Shown piece by piece: positions 10,251 through 20,005 of a stretch of 64,000 nt of DNA. Where the stretch lies: assembly GCA_965208675.1 (NCBI GenBank), contig OZ242351.1, positions 1,504,001 to 1,568,000 of the forward strand, read 5' to 3'. This DNA comes from Candidatus Poribacteria bacterium (GTDB taxonomy: Bacteria; Poribacteria; WGA-4E; PCPOR2b). Positions within the stretch are counted from its first letter, which is position 1; every line of letters starts with the position of its first letter. Position numbers and translations under genes: made by a program. The notes beneath the pieces are model-generated. The model saw only the letters and a program-made list of their open reading frames with translations. It was not told the origin of the DNA and made no database searches.

Positions 10251-11216
10251 CTACTCTGTCCCCTTCTTTTCTTCCAACTCTTCATGGATGCGCCGGACAT
10301 CTTGGACGTCCGTCACCGATGGGTGGGTGCCGGGTAAAAGGGGTTTGATTTTCCCTTTCAGGGTGGCTTTAATCGCGATGCCTGCGTTCCGAAAAGCCCA
10401 ACCGATACCCGCCGCTTTTATGGGCAGGGTGCGTTCATCAAGCACGCCGGTGTGCGCTACACTTTCGGTAAAGTGCAGGACGTGTTTCGCGCCGACGTTG
10501 TCCGTCAAGCCGGCGTCAATCGCCAATTCACGAAGCTTAATAATCTGATCCATCGGTGCAACACTCTTCGGGCAGACCTGCACACACTCCACACACCGCG
10601 TACAATCCCAGATACCGCCTTCCTCGCTCAATTCGGTTAGCCACTCATGGGATTTTGCGTGGCGGGGATCGCCAACGACACGGTACGCCTTAGCTAATGC
10701 CGCGGGCGCCAAGAATTTTGAGGTTTCCTCCAGCACGGTACAATCGCTCACACATGCACCGCACATAACACAGTTCATCGGTTGCTGCAGTTCGACCATC
10801 TTGCTGTGCGGCACCTGATACTCACGTTCGGGCGGTTCGCCCTCCGTCTCGATCCACGGCTTGACCTGCCGTATCTTGTCCCAAAACATCTCCATATCGG
10901 TTACAAGATCTTTGACCACCTTCATGTTACCCATCGGCTCCACACAGACCTCTTCACCGTTGGGAGCAAGCTTCGAGAGGGCAGTTTTGCAACCCAACTT
11001 TGCGTGTCCGTTCACCCTAAAGGCACACGAACCGCAGACTGCGCTGCGGCACGAACATCGCATCGTCAGTGTGCCATCAATATCTTCCCGCACCTTGATG
11101 AGTGCGTCTAATACGGTCGAGAAGTCTGGTAAACCGTCCACTTGATACGTGTCATAGTGCGGTTCTTGGTCTTTTTGCGGATCGTATCGGTACACTTTTA
11201 AGTTGGCTTGTATCAT
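10251..11216 (-). CDS. sdhB: Succinate dehydrogenase Fe-S subunit (type E-like, C-terminal extension)
   Basis: SCRSAVCGSC, CVMCGACVSDC, CTRCVECVQVCP. Confidence 0.93.
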   Translation of the reverse strand: MIQANLKVYRYDPQKDQEPHYDTYQVDGLPDFSTVLDALIKVREDIDGTLTMRCSCRSAVCGSCAFRVNGHAKLGCKTALSKLAPNGEEVCVEPMGNMKVVKDLVTDMEMFWDKIRQVKPWIETEGEPPEREYQVPHSKMVELQQPMNCVMCGACVSDCTVLEETSKFLAPAALAKAYRVVGDPRHAKSHEWLTELSEEGGIWDCTRCVECVQVCPKSVAPMDQIIKLRELAIDAGLTDNVGAKHVLHFTESVAHTGVLDERTLPIKAAGIGWAFRNAGIAIKATLKGKIKPLLPGTHPSVTDVQDVRRIHEELEEKKGTE

Positions 11217-11321
11217 TCATTAGTCTCCTTAGGGACTCCAGCGGTTAGCGGCGTGCAGCTCGATAAAACAAACGAATTTAACTATTCAAATACCGCTCAG
11301 CGCTGTCGTCGTGCATCAGTG

Positions 11322-13025
11322 CTAATATTTCCGTGCCTCAGGCTGCCATTGGGTAATCGTCACCGGCAAATAATCAATTGCAGGACCGTCGGGTGTTTGG
11401 TAGACAACCACATGTTTAATCCAGTTTTCATCGTCGCGTTCAGGGTAATCGGTCCGTGTATGCGCCCCCCGGCTCTCCTTCCGTGCGAGCGCACTTACGA
11501 TTATCGTTTCCGCGCAGTCTAGCATGTAATCTAACTCTAAGACAGCTAATAAATCAGTATTGAACACACGCCCTTTATCGTGAACGGAGATTTCGTTATA
11601 ACGATTACGAACTTCACTGATTTGGCGTTGGGCTTTGAGCAAACCCGCTTCGTCTCGAAATACACCGGTGTATTGATGCATAATCTCGCCCATTTCAAGC
11701 CTTAAGGCTGGTGCGCGCAGGTCGGTTGAGCGCGCAAAGATGTCGATTATTTTCTGCTCTTCTATCTCCACAGCTTGATCCGAGACGTTCGCAGACTTAA
11801 TACTCTTGGCGTACTCCGCGGCATGCGCTCCGGCTCGCCGACCGAACGCGACGCAGTCGAGCAGGCTGTTTCCGCCCAAACGGTTTGCGCCGTGCGCCGA
11901 AACACACGCTACCTCACCGGCAGCATACAAACCGGGGAGCGCCTCTACACCATCACCGTTTTGCCGGTAACACCGCCCATCCACGTCGGTCTTGATTCCA
12001 CCCATAATATAGTGCATTCCCGGTCGAATTGGCAGCGGTTCCTGCGTGATGTCTACGTTAGCGTAATCCTGTGCGAGTTCGTATATCTGGTGGAACGCTT
12101 CCAAGATACGGTCTTTGATATGCCGGCAATCCAGCAGCACACACCCGTCCACGCCCCGTCCTTCTTGGATTTCAATGGTTTCGGCACGCGACACAACATC
12201 GCGTGAAGCTTTCTCCAGCAGTGTCGTGGCGCCGTAGCGCTCATTCTGCATAAAACGATCGCCGTCGGCGTTCAGTAAATAGGCGCCCTCGCCGCGCGCG
12301 CCTTCGGTGATGAGGAAGCCGTTGGCAGGCAGGGTTGTCGGGTGGTATTGAACCATCTCCATGTCCATGATTAGCGCGCCGACCCGATAGGCTAATGCTA
12401 ACCCGTCGCCCGTCACGATTAACCCGTTGGTACTCGGTTCATAAACACGGCCGCAGCCGCCCGTACACAAGATGACCGATTTTGCCTTAAAGACCTCTAG
12501 TTTGCCGCTCACGATTTCCATCGCCACTGCACCGCAGCAGACGCCATCGTCCATCAACAGTGTTGTCACGAACCACTCGTCATAGGATTTGACATCCATC
12601 CGGAGCAGTTGTTCATACATGACGTGAAGAATTGTTTGCCCGGTCATGTCCCCTACGTGGCAAGTGCGGCTCTTGTCCGTGCCGCCGAAACCGCGCATGT
12701 GGATACGCCCTTCATCGTCGCGATCGAAGATAACACCGTGATGTTCAAGTGTGAATATATCCTGTATACCTTCGCTGCACAGAATCTCAATGGCGTCCTG
12801 ATCGCCTAAGAAGTCGCTGCCCTTGACGGTTTCGTAAGCGTGAACCTCCCAGGAGTCGGCAATACCGAGTGCCGCGTTGATGCCGCCCTGCGCCGCAGCC
12901 GAGTGCGAGCGTGTCGGGTATACTTTCGACATCATGGCTACGTCCGCGCCTGCCTGCCTCGCATGCAACGCAGCGCTCATTCCCGCCAAACCACCGCCAA
13001 TAACGAGCACGTCGTGTTCAATCAT
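11322..13025 (-). CDS. sdhA: Succinate dehydrogenase flavoprotein subunit
   Basis: GGGLAG, RSHSAAAQGG (FAD-His), QYHPT, EGARGEG, HYIMGG, HGANRLGGNSL, ESRGAH. Confidence 0.96.
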   Translation of the reverse strand: MIEHDVLVIGGGLAGMSAALHARQAGADVAMMSKVYPTRSHSAAAQGGINAALGIADSWEVHAYETVKGSDFLGDQDAIEILCSEGIQDIFTLEHHGVIFDRDDEGRIHMRGFGGTDKSRTCHVGDMTGQTILHVMYEQLLRMDVKSYDEWFVTTLLMDDGVCCGAVAMEIVSGKLEVFKAKSVILCTGGCGRVYEPSTNGLIVTGDGLALAYRVGALIMDMEMVQYHPTTLPANGFLITEGARGEGAYLLNADGDRFMQNERYGATTLLEKASRDVVSRAETIEIQEGRGVDGCVLLDCRHIKDRILEAFHQIYELAQDYANVDITQEPLPIRPGMHYIMGGIKTDVDGRCYRQNGDGVEALPGLYAAGEVACVSAHGANRLGGNSLLDCVAFGRRAGAHAAEYAKSIKSANVSDQAVEIEEQKIIDIFARSTDLRAPALRLEMGEIMHQYTGVFRDEAGLLKAQRQISEVRNRYNEISVHDKGRVFNTDLLAVLELDYMLDCAETIIVSALARKESRGAHTRTDYPERDDENWIKHVVVYQTPDGPAIDYLPVTITQWQPEARKY

Positions 13026-13228
13026 AAAACTCCCTCTGCATTCTTCCTAATGCTATCGCAAATGATCCTAATCTTACCAAGATTCGCATGATGTTGTCAA
13101 TGAAATTATTTCCGCCGGTTGGCTGATCCCAACTTTTAAACATAACACATTCATCAACGTAAATGCAAGCGCTATATCGCGAGCCGTACGCTTCCCGAAA
13201 CATATGAACTGGAATCAACTCAACGTGC

Positions 13229-13257
13229 TTGATTTTTCAGTAAATTCGTGCTAGAAT
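13229..13257 (+). promoter_or_regulatory. Sigma70-like promoter of the NHL gene
   Basis: TTGATT-N17-TAGAAT. Confidence 0.5.
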
Positions 13258-13319
13258 GGGGAGCATTCATGGGGAGAGGTGCGCCATAGCCAAGTTAGAA
13301 TTGAGGAGATATTGAAATT

Positions 13320-15326
13320 ATGAAAAAAACGTTTGCCCATTTGATTATTGCTTGCATGTATTACATATATGGAACTGGGCTGGCATTTGGGGTTAGTTTT
13401 CTAAAATTTGAGCGCGAGTTCAGCGGAAAAGGCAGCACGAACGGAGCATTCAGCAAAAACGTCCGCGTTGCATTCGACGCTGAAGGAAACATTTATGTGA
13501 GCGATGCTGATAACAGGCTGCTGCAGAAACTGTCGTCGACAGGCGAATTCTTGATGCAAACCCCTATGGATCCTAAATCGACGGAAAATATTCTGAAAAA
13601 GCCGGGCGACATCGCGGTAGATGGGGAGGGCAACATATACGTAGCTGATAACACCGTGCACCACATCAAAGAAACGGCAAATCCGAAAATCTACATGTTT
13701 GCACCGTGTGTCTACAAGCTCAATCCTAGCGGTGAGTTGATGCACACCTATTTCGTTGACCCCGTTGATGTACGCCCAAAGCAGGTATTGCCCGCGCACC
13801 TGATGATTGACGAAGACGGCAAATCCGCCTTTGGGATTCAGCCGAAACTGCATGACCGTAAATTGCTAGTCGATGTCAACCGCCAAAACCAGCTCTACGT
13901 ACTTGACAAGAAAAAGTCCACAGTCAGCATGTTTGGCGAGGATGGTAAAAAATTAACGGAGTTTGGACGGTACGGCGCAGGTAACGGAGAGTTTGACAGT
14001 GATGCCTCCGACATTGAAATTGACAGCTCGGGGAATGTGCTAATCGCGGACACCGGGAATCACCGCGTGGTCAAGTTTAATCCGGAGGGGCAATTCGTGC
14101 TGAGTTTTGGCGTTAAAGGACGCGGCAGCGGCGAATTCACCAAACCGCTGGCAATCGCCGCGCTGGCGACCGGCGAGATTCTTGTCAAGGACGCCAGCCA
14201 ATTCAAGCGTCATCTGGGCGGATTGCCAGCCGGTGGCTTGATGACGTTAATCTCGCCGTCCGGCGTCGGGATTGCCGATACCGTTACGTCGAACGCGCGG
14301 AATAGAAATACGATACTTGGCCAAAACGTTCCGGGACAAACCGATTTGGACGTATTGCAGCGGCGGATTCGACTTCTGGAGGAGGCAGAATACAGGCGGT
14401 ATTTCAGCGAATATTTCGATGAAGAGGACGATAAAGACAAAAATAAGAAAGAGGAAGACGAAGATCTGAAAGCAGCGGCAGTCCGAGCGACTATCTACCA
14501 CAATGTCATCGCTAGAGTTCAGAAATTTGACAGCAACGGAAGATACAAAAACCGCGTGATTTATGAGGTCGATAAACAGAGCGATACAGACCGCGACATC
14601 GCATTTCTGGCGTTGGATTCCTTGGGCCGCATCTACCTGCGTGACGCGAGCGATTTGACTATCCACCAATATTCAATCGCCGGGTTCACGATAAAGCCGT
14701 CGCACATGAACGCGCTCTACAACTCCCGAGCAAGCAATGTTGACACCGAGTTCCTTGAAGACTACGAGGATATTGACGCGCACGCGGACGTGGTGGATCA
14801 GTTCAATCAGTTGCGTATGGATAACACCTTTTTCTGGACCTATGCGCTCTCGGAACGGTGGAATCTGATGTTGGTCGACACCCTCAGCTACGGCGAAATT
14901 GATGAACGCTACACCACGCCTCCCAAACGCGAGGACAGCTACGACCTAGATACGAATGCGCTAACGAACACTTTCGCTGCAAACCTAAAATTCATCACAA
15001 ATCCAAATCCTTACCAGTATCAGGAACTGAATTTATATGCTGAACGGGTTGACGGCAGGACGGAACTTGGCAGAAACGCAATCTACCAAGACCTGAATCG
15101 ACAGCGCCAGGAAGATGAAGGCGATGCCGAATCATTAGCTGTCGGACTGAATTGGGATATCTTATCAAAGATGAATCTGTGGCTTGAATACTCTGATCTT
15201 AATCCCGCCGATACAAGCCGCAATTATACCCGCCGCTATTTCGATGTCTCAGGCGATCTCTACGAAGTTTTCGCTATCCGGAATCAGAGAAAACAGTTTT
15301 TGGGTGAATTGTCGATAAAATTTTAA
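13320..15326 (+). CDS. NHL-repeat protein with signal peptide and probable C-terminal beta-barrel
   Basis: NHL repeats (DGEGNIYVAD, IADTGNHRVVKF, GRGSGEFTKP); C-terminus FLGELSIKF. Confidence 0.85.
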   Translation: MKKTFAHLIIACMYYIYGTGLAFGVSFLKFEREFSGKGSTNGAFSKNVRVAFDAEGNIYVSDADNRLLQKLSSTGEFLMQTPMDPKSTENILKKPGDIAVDGEGNIYVADNTVHHIKETANPKIYMFAPCVYKLNPSGELMHTYFVDPVDVRPKQVLPAHLMIDEDGKSAFGIQPKLHDRKLLVDVNRQNQLYVLDKKKSTVSMFGEDGKKLTEFGRYGAGNGEFDSDASDIEIDSSGNVLIADTGNHRVVKFNPEGQFVLSFGVKGRGSGEFTKPLAIAALATGEILVKDASQFKRHLGGLPAGGLMTLISPSGVGIADTVTSNARNRNTILGQNVPGQTDLDVLQRRIRLLEEAEYRRYFSEYFDEEDDKDKNKKEEDEDLKAAAVRATIYHNVIARVQKFDSNGRYKNRVIYEVDKQSDTDRDIAFLALDSLGRIYLRDASDLTIHQYSIAGFTIKPSHMNALYNSRASNVDTEFLEDYEDIDAHADVVDQFNQLRMDNTFFWTYALSERWNLMLVDTLSYGEIDERYTTPPKREDSYDLDTNALTNTFAANLKFITNPNPYQYQELNLYAERVDGRTELGRNAIYQDLNRQRQEDEGDAESLAVGLNWDILSKMNLWLEYSDLNPADTSRNYTRRYFDVSGDLYEVFAIRNQRKQFLGELSIKF

Positions 15327-15423
15327 ACATGAGAATATCGACACGACATTCTATATCCAAAATATTTCACGACTTGCTGGGCATTCAAAAACCGTCAGGA
15401 GCGTCAGCTTCCCGTGATTATGA

Positions 15424-16266
15424 ATGCAAGTATTAGTAGGATGTCAGAAAGGAACCTATTTCATTGTGAGACATTTGAAGGATACCGATGTCATTGATGA
15501 GTTCGTAGCGTATCTAGAGAAGAATGGTCACCCAGGATTAAAGGTCGAGCGACGCCCGGAAGTCGAGAATCGAGAATCTGCCGACATTGATGCAATTGCT
15601 GGTCCATTTGCTATTGAGCACACAAGTATTGACACTCTCCCGAATCAACGTGGCAATAATGCTCGGTTCATGAAAGTCCTCGGCGATCTTGAACAAGAAC
15701 TGAACCCGCTTCCGTTTAAGTTTAACTTGTTCATCTCTATTGAGTATGATGCCATCACCAAAGGACAGGACTGGTCAGCAATAAAGAAAGCGCTGAAAGG
15801 GTGGATAACCCAAGATGCTCCTCGCATTAAAGACGGTTTCCATTTTATTGACAGCATTCCTGGAATTCCCTTCAAACTAAATGTCTACAAGGAACCGTGT
15901 TCTCCGGGTCGGCTTTACTCGAAGCGAAATATACCGGGCGATTGCACACTTCCCTCTCGTATCAAGGAACTGTTTGAAAAAAAAGCGGAGAAACTCTCAT
16001 ATTATCAAGGTTGTGGAAAGACGACTATACTTCTCATTGAGAGTTACGATGCGGCCCTTATGAACGAACCAAAAATGGTCACAGCGATTCGTGATGCCTA
16101 TCCAAATGGGCTTCCCTCTGGGGCAGATAAATTCTGGTACGCCCCAAATACATCCATTGATGCGCCTATTAGATTCAAAGATATCACCGCCGATCTATTG
16201 GCAGAGGACTATCCTGCGAAAAATAGCTTGTGGGAGGAGATTGAGGACGAATTCACAATGAAATAA
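15424..16266 (+). CDS. Hypothetical protein (possible PD-(D/E)xK-like fold)
   Basis: 280-aa ORF; ADIDAIAGPFAIEHT motif; start uncertain (GTG near 15466 possible). Confidence 0.7.
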   Translation: MQVLVGCQKGTYFIVRHLKDTDVIDEFVAYLEKNGHPGLKVERRPEVENRESADIDAIAGPFAIEHTSIDTLPNQRGNNARFMKVLGDLEQELNPLPFKFNLFISIEYDAITKGQDWSAIKKALKGWITQDAPRIKDGFHFIDSIPGIPFKLNVYKEPCSPGRLYSKRNIPGDCTLPSRIKELFEKKAEKLSYYQGCGKTTILLIESYDAALMNEPKMVTAIRDAYPNGLPSGADKFWYAPNTSIDAPIRFKDITADLLAEDYPAKNSLWEEIEDEFTMK

Positions 16267-16426
16267 CCCGAACTACATTTACTATCTAAATGGGTTTGGT
16301 AACGCAATGCGTTTAGGAACAATTATACAAGGGCGTTGCCAAGATAAAGCGCTTGGAAGGCCAGCTTAACCTTTGCTACCTGACTAGCGGACTCAAGGTC
16401 CATTTATTCACTTTGAAACGGATTCG

Positions 16427-17053
16427 ATGGTTCCCGAAACTCACTTTTGGGGAGGCGCCACAATTAAAGGTTTAAAAATAGGGTTTAGAGTTTTACTCAA
16501 AATAGCGGTCAGCACAACGGGCGGGGTGGCACTTGTGGTACTCTTTATTGCATTGTATGACCCCGAAATCAATCAAGACGTTGCGGACGTTGCCTTTGTA
16601 TGTGGGTCAATATTTGGGGCTTATGTCGGCATCCTTTGGAGTGTTGGGAACTGGGTAGTAAGACATTGGCTAATATGGGCACCATTGGTAGGCTTTGCGG
16701 CGGGGGTGTTTTACGGTAGCATGAGGCACCCTAGGACAGACAATTACGCGTTGCCCAATTCCCAACAGCCACTGAAACTGATAGATACTCTAACTGAAGT
16801 GGAGAAACAGAAGTTAAATGAGTTTTGGGACATGGGTGCATTAAATAACGAGAACATTGACAAATTTGCGGAAGTGTTAGCTCGTCACGATCCTAACGAC
16901 CCGGAAAGAATTCAGAAAACGCTGAAAACATTGGGGGGCGCTCGTCGCGAAGCAATCATTAGCATGGGGGTAGTCCTAGGGCTAATTGGTCTGTTCGTCG
17001 GCGTGGTCGGTGCATTGAATACCGTCGGCGCATTTGGCAGGAAAGGGAGGTAA
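16427..17053 (+). CDS. Hypothetical membrane protein
   Basis: 208-aa ORF with about four hydrophobic segments. Confidence 0.65.
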   Translation: MVPETHFWGGATIKGLKIGFRVLLKIAVSTTGGVALVVLFIALYDPEINQDVADVAFVCGSIFGAYVGILWSVGNWVVRHWLIWAPLVGFAAGVFYGSMRHPRTDNYALPNSQQPLKLIDTLTEVEKQKLNEFWDMGALNNENIDKFAEVLARHDPNDPERIQKTLKTLGGARREAIISMGVVLGLIGLFVGVVGALNTVGAFGRKGR

Positions 17054-17134
17054 TATCAGTTTTAATCGTCATGGGCGTATAGACTGGCGTCTTGTGCGCG
17101 ATTTTTCCAAACCCAAAACTTAGCCCTCGTTCCT

Positions 17135-19333
17135 TCACTCCGCTACCCCCACGACCCACCCGACTGTTTTGGCGGGTTTGTATTCTCCGTCGCGCAGGTA
17201 TTTAGATGTGTGCCACAAACACAACCGCTCTCCGTCGGGCAACCATGTCACTTTCACCAAGTCAATTGTTGTGCGTGCGATCGGCAATGCGCGGTTCGTT
17301 TCCATATCCAGCACCCACACCTTCCACATTATCCCCATACAATCCTCACGTTCCAAATAAGCGAGCCGAACGCCTTGGGGCGACCATGCCGGCGATGTGT
17401 GTTTGAAAACTCTTGACGCATTTGGCAAATCCGTAGAAACAACGTGGAGTTGCTTATTTAGCAGCGCACCCGACACCGCATCTCCGGAAAGCACGTAAGC
17501 AAGGTTAGTTCCGTCAGCCGACCAATTTACCTGTTTAACCCGTTGGGAAGACGTTTTGATCTCTTTCAGTTTTGTGCCGTTAGTATCCTGGATGCGAATC
17601 CTGGCGTGTCCGGAGGCGTAGTGTTGGTAATCCAACCCAATTGCAACTCGATTTCCATCTGGAGACCACGACGGCGGGTCTAGGTAACTGAAGGCGCCAA
17701 TCCGCCCTTTGATTGGTATCCGCGCCATCTGGGCAAGCTGGGATTTATCGCTATTGATTCGATAAAGGTTATGAACTCCATCTTCCCAACGCCGGAACGC
17801 AATCTGATTGGCGGTAGGCGACCATGCCGGCGCATCCCCGGCAACCAGCTTGATTATGTGGGGATTATGCCGATTAATTATAAATACATAGCTGTCCCTT
17901 CCCTCATATCCTTCAAACGCAATAAGATTGCTGTCAAGCGACCATGACAGATGCGGATTATAGAAATTTCCTCCGCACAGCCTTTTGAACCGCCTCGCAT
18001 GACTATCCGTAAGCCAGAGTTCGCTCGCTTTCCAGTATTGCCCGGAGAGGTTGGTTCGCTTCAAAAACGCAATCACCTTACCGTTGGGCGACCAGTGAGG
18101 CGATTCTCCGCCTTCAATCAGTTCCAATGTCCGAACGTTTGAACAGACGGCTTTATTGAACTGAACCCTTTCAACTTCTTCAAACTCGCCGATTCCAAAC
18201 CCGTCCATCCAACCGTTTTCCCCGTTTGGAAGCTCAACCTGATACCAATTCTCCGACGCATCAACGATTGGCAGTTCGACGCCATCGTTAAGCGGCAATA
18301 GCACTTCTGAGGATTTTTCAGCACTCCGCTCCCCAGTAATTCCGCTGTCTCTGTTGGCATAAACCGGTGCTTCATCGTGAACGACGATTCCGATTGGACG
18401 TTTATCCGGTTCATCTTGCGGCGCATCGGCGTCCTGATTCTCAAAGGCATACACATATCCGTCGTGCGAGGTGATGTAAAGCATTCCGTCAGCGATTGCC
18501 GGCGCCGCGTCAATGTAGCCTTTTGCTTCGTACGACCAAATCTCCGCTTGTGATTCAGCGTCAAAAGCGTGAACCTTTTTATCGCGCCCGCCGATGTAAA
18601 CGACCTCATTCGCGGTGACCGGATAGCTACTCGTACCGGGCGCGAGACCGCGCCATAAATCTGCACGATGACGCGGCATCGTTGGCCGCAACTTTCCGCG
18701 GGTGCAAACAAATTCGTTGCCGCTAATCCTGACTCGGCTCCTGACTTGGTTCAGTAATGCACCGGTAGCCGCATCCATGATAAGAATCTTGTTCGGAAAT
18801 ACGCCAACGTAAATGTTTCCGCCTGAAGCAATCGGCGGGGAATCCATCCAGTTCTCGGCTTGGTACTGCCAAATCTTTACGCCCGAATCCGATTCAAGCG
18901 CATACACCCGGTTGTCTCGCGCACTGACGTAGACGCGGTTGTTCCAAACTGTCGGTGCGTACCGAATGGCGCCGCTAGTTTGAAATGTCCACCGTACTCC
19001 CCAATTTTTTGCGTCAAGCGCGTACAACTTTTGGTCCTCTGAACCAACGTATACGGTTCCGTAAGCCACGGCAACGCTACCGATTATGGGTCCTCCGGTC
19101 TTGAATTTCCAGCGCAACTTGAGCGGCGGCTTAAGGTGCTGATCGGAACATTTACCGGAGAAATTCAGGTCGTGCATGAACATCGGCCAATCTTGGGGCC
19201 GAGTCGGCGATACAGCCTCAGCCCGTTGACTCACCCCGTCGGGTTTTGCGGAAGGAGTCGCATCTTGCGTGTCCTGAGATTGACACGACCATATGGCAAA
19301 AACAAGTAAAACCGAAAAAATGATTCGCCTCAT
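17135..19333 (-). CDS. Lipoprotein with PQQ-like propeller, SH3-like domain and TolB/PD40 propeller
   Basis: IWSC lipobox; LYALDA..W repeats; ENWYQVELPNGENGWM (SH3b-like); PAWSP/PSWSPDG repeats. Confidence 0.88.
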   Translation of the reverse strand: MRRIIFSVLLVFAIWSCQSQDTQDATPSAKPDGVSQRAEAVSPTRPQDWPMFMHDLNFSGKCSDQHLKPPLKLRWKFKTGGPIIGSVAVAYGTVYVGSEDQKLYALDAKNWGVRWTFQTSGAIRYAPTVWNNRVYVSARDNRVYALESDSGVKIWQYQAENWMDSPPIASGGNIYVGVFPNKILIMDAATGALLNQVRSRVRISGNEFVCTRGKLRPTMPRHRADLWRGLAPGTSSYPVTANEVVYIGGRDKKVHAFDAESQAEIWSYEAKGYIDAAPAIADGMLYITSHDGYVYAFENQDADAPQDEPDKRPIGIVVHDEAPVYANRDSGITGERSAEKSSEVLLPLNDGVELPIVDASENWYQVELPNGENGWMDGFGIGEFEEVERVQFNKAVCSNVRTLELIEGGESPHWSPNGKVIAFLKRTNLSGQYWKASELWLTDSHARRFKRLCGGNFYNPHLSWSLDSNLIAFEGYEGRDSYVFIINRHNPHIIKLVAGDAPAWSPTANQIAFRRWEDGVHNLYRINSDKSQLAQMARIPIKGRIGAFSYLDPPSWSPDGNRVAIGLDYQHYASGHARIRIQDTNGTKLKEIKTSSQRVKQVNWSADGTNLAYVLSGDAVSGALLNKQLHVVSTDLPNASRVFKHTSPAWSPQGVRLAYLEREDCMGIMWKVWVLDMETNRALPIARTTIDLVKVTWLPDGERLCLWHTSKYLRDGEYKPAKTVGWVVGVAE

Positions 19334-19354
19334 TGTCGTCCTTTTCAGCGAGAT

Positions 19355-19807
19355 TCACTCCTCTGAGCCAGTTTTATCTACTAGCGCCCTCAACCTCTGG
19401 TAAAACACCGGGTTGTCCTTTCCCGCCTCCATTAACAAATCGGTTAGTTCCGATTTAGATAGGCGCTCCAGCTCTTGGCGAATTTGCGACTGGACGACGC
19501 CTTCATCAACCCGCTCGTAAACCCATTCAAATAGGACCGCGGCAACATGCTGACAGACATCAAACCCTTGCGAATATGGACAGGTGCAGATTCCGTCAAT
19601 TCCATCATCATCGTACCAGACTTTGACAGTGTAATTTGGGGATGATCTGCCGGCCATTTCGGCATCAATAGCAGTTTCGCTAACCCTCAGATTCTTCACC
19701 AATCCCGATTCGTAATCGTCGTATCCACGCCCCGCCAAGGTATGGCCGACCAGAGTGTAGATGTCATCCTCAGTAACGTCCTTTAGCTTCATTCGCAACA
19801 CCCGCAA
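19355..19807 (-). CDS. SWIM zinc-finger protein
   Basis: CTCP-x6-CQH motif; RGYDDY N-terminal motif. Confidence 0.85.
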   Translation of the reverse strand: MRVLRMKLKDVTEDDIYTLVGHTLAGRGYDDYESGLVKNLRVSETAIDAEMAGRSSPNYTVKVWYDDDGIDGICTCPYSQGFDVCQHVAAVLFEWVYERVDEGVVQSQIRQELERLSKSELTDLLMEAGKDNPVFYQRLRALVDKTGSEE

Positions 19808-19851
19808 CTTGTTTTAACGTGCACATCAAAATCCGCCATCTTTCAAGGTAA

Positions 19852-19880
19852 ATTATAGGCGATTATTCGTGCTTCGTCAA
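19852..19880 (-). promoter_or_regulatory. Sigma70 promoter (SWIM/propeller genes)
   Basis: TTGACG-N17-TATAAT on the minus strand. Confidence 0.65.
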
Positions 19881-19924
19881 CGCGCAATTGTGCTGCCCGT
19901 CACGCATGTGGGGGATTTATTCTA

Positions 19925-19953
19925 TTGACACTAACCGTTTGTTCAGTTACACT
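19925..19953 (+). promoter_or_regulatory. Sigma70 promoter (hflX)
   Basis: TTGACA-N17-TACACT. Confidence 0.65.
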
Positions 19954-20005
19954 TTCGTCACAGATGAATCTGTAGGTATTGACTCCACCGCTGAAAGGAG
20001 AGTTT

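Noticed and set aside
15330-17134. Integron cassette array
   Set aside because: No convincing attC inverted cores and no integrase in the window.
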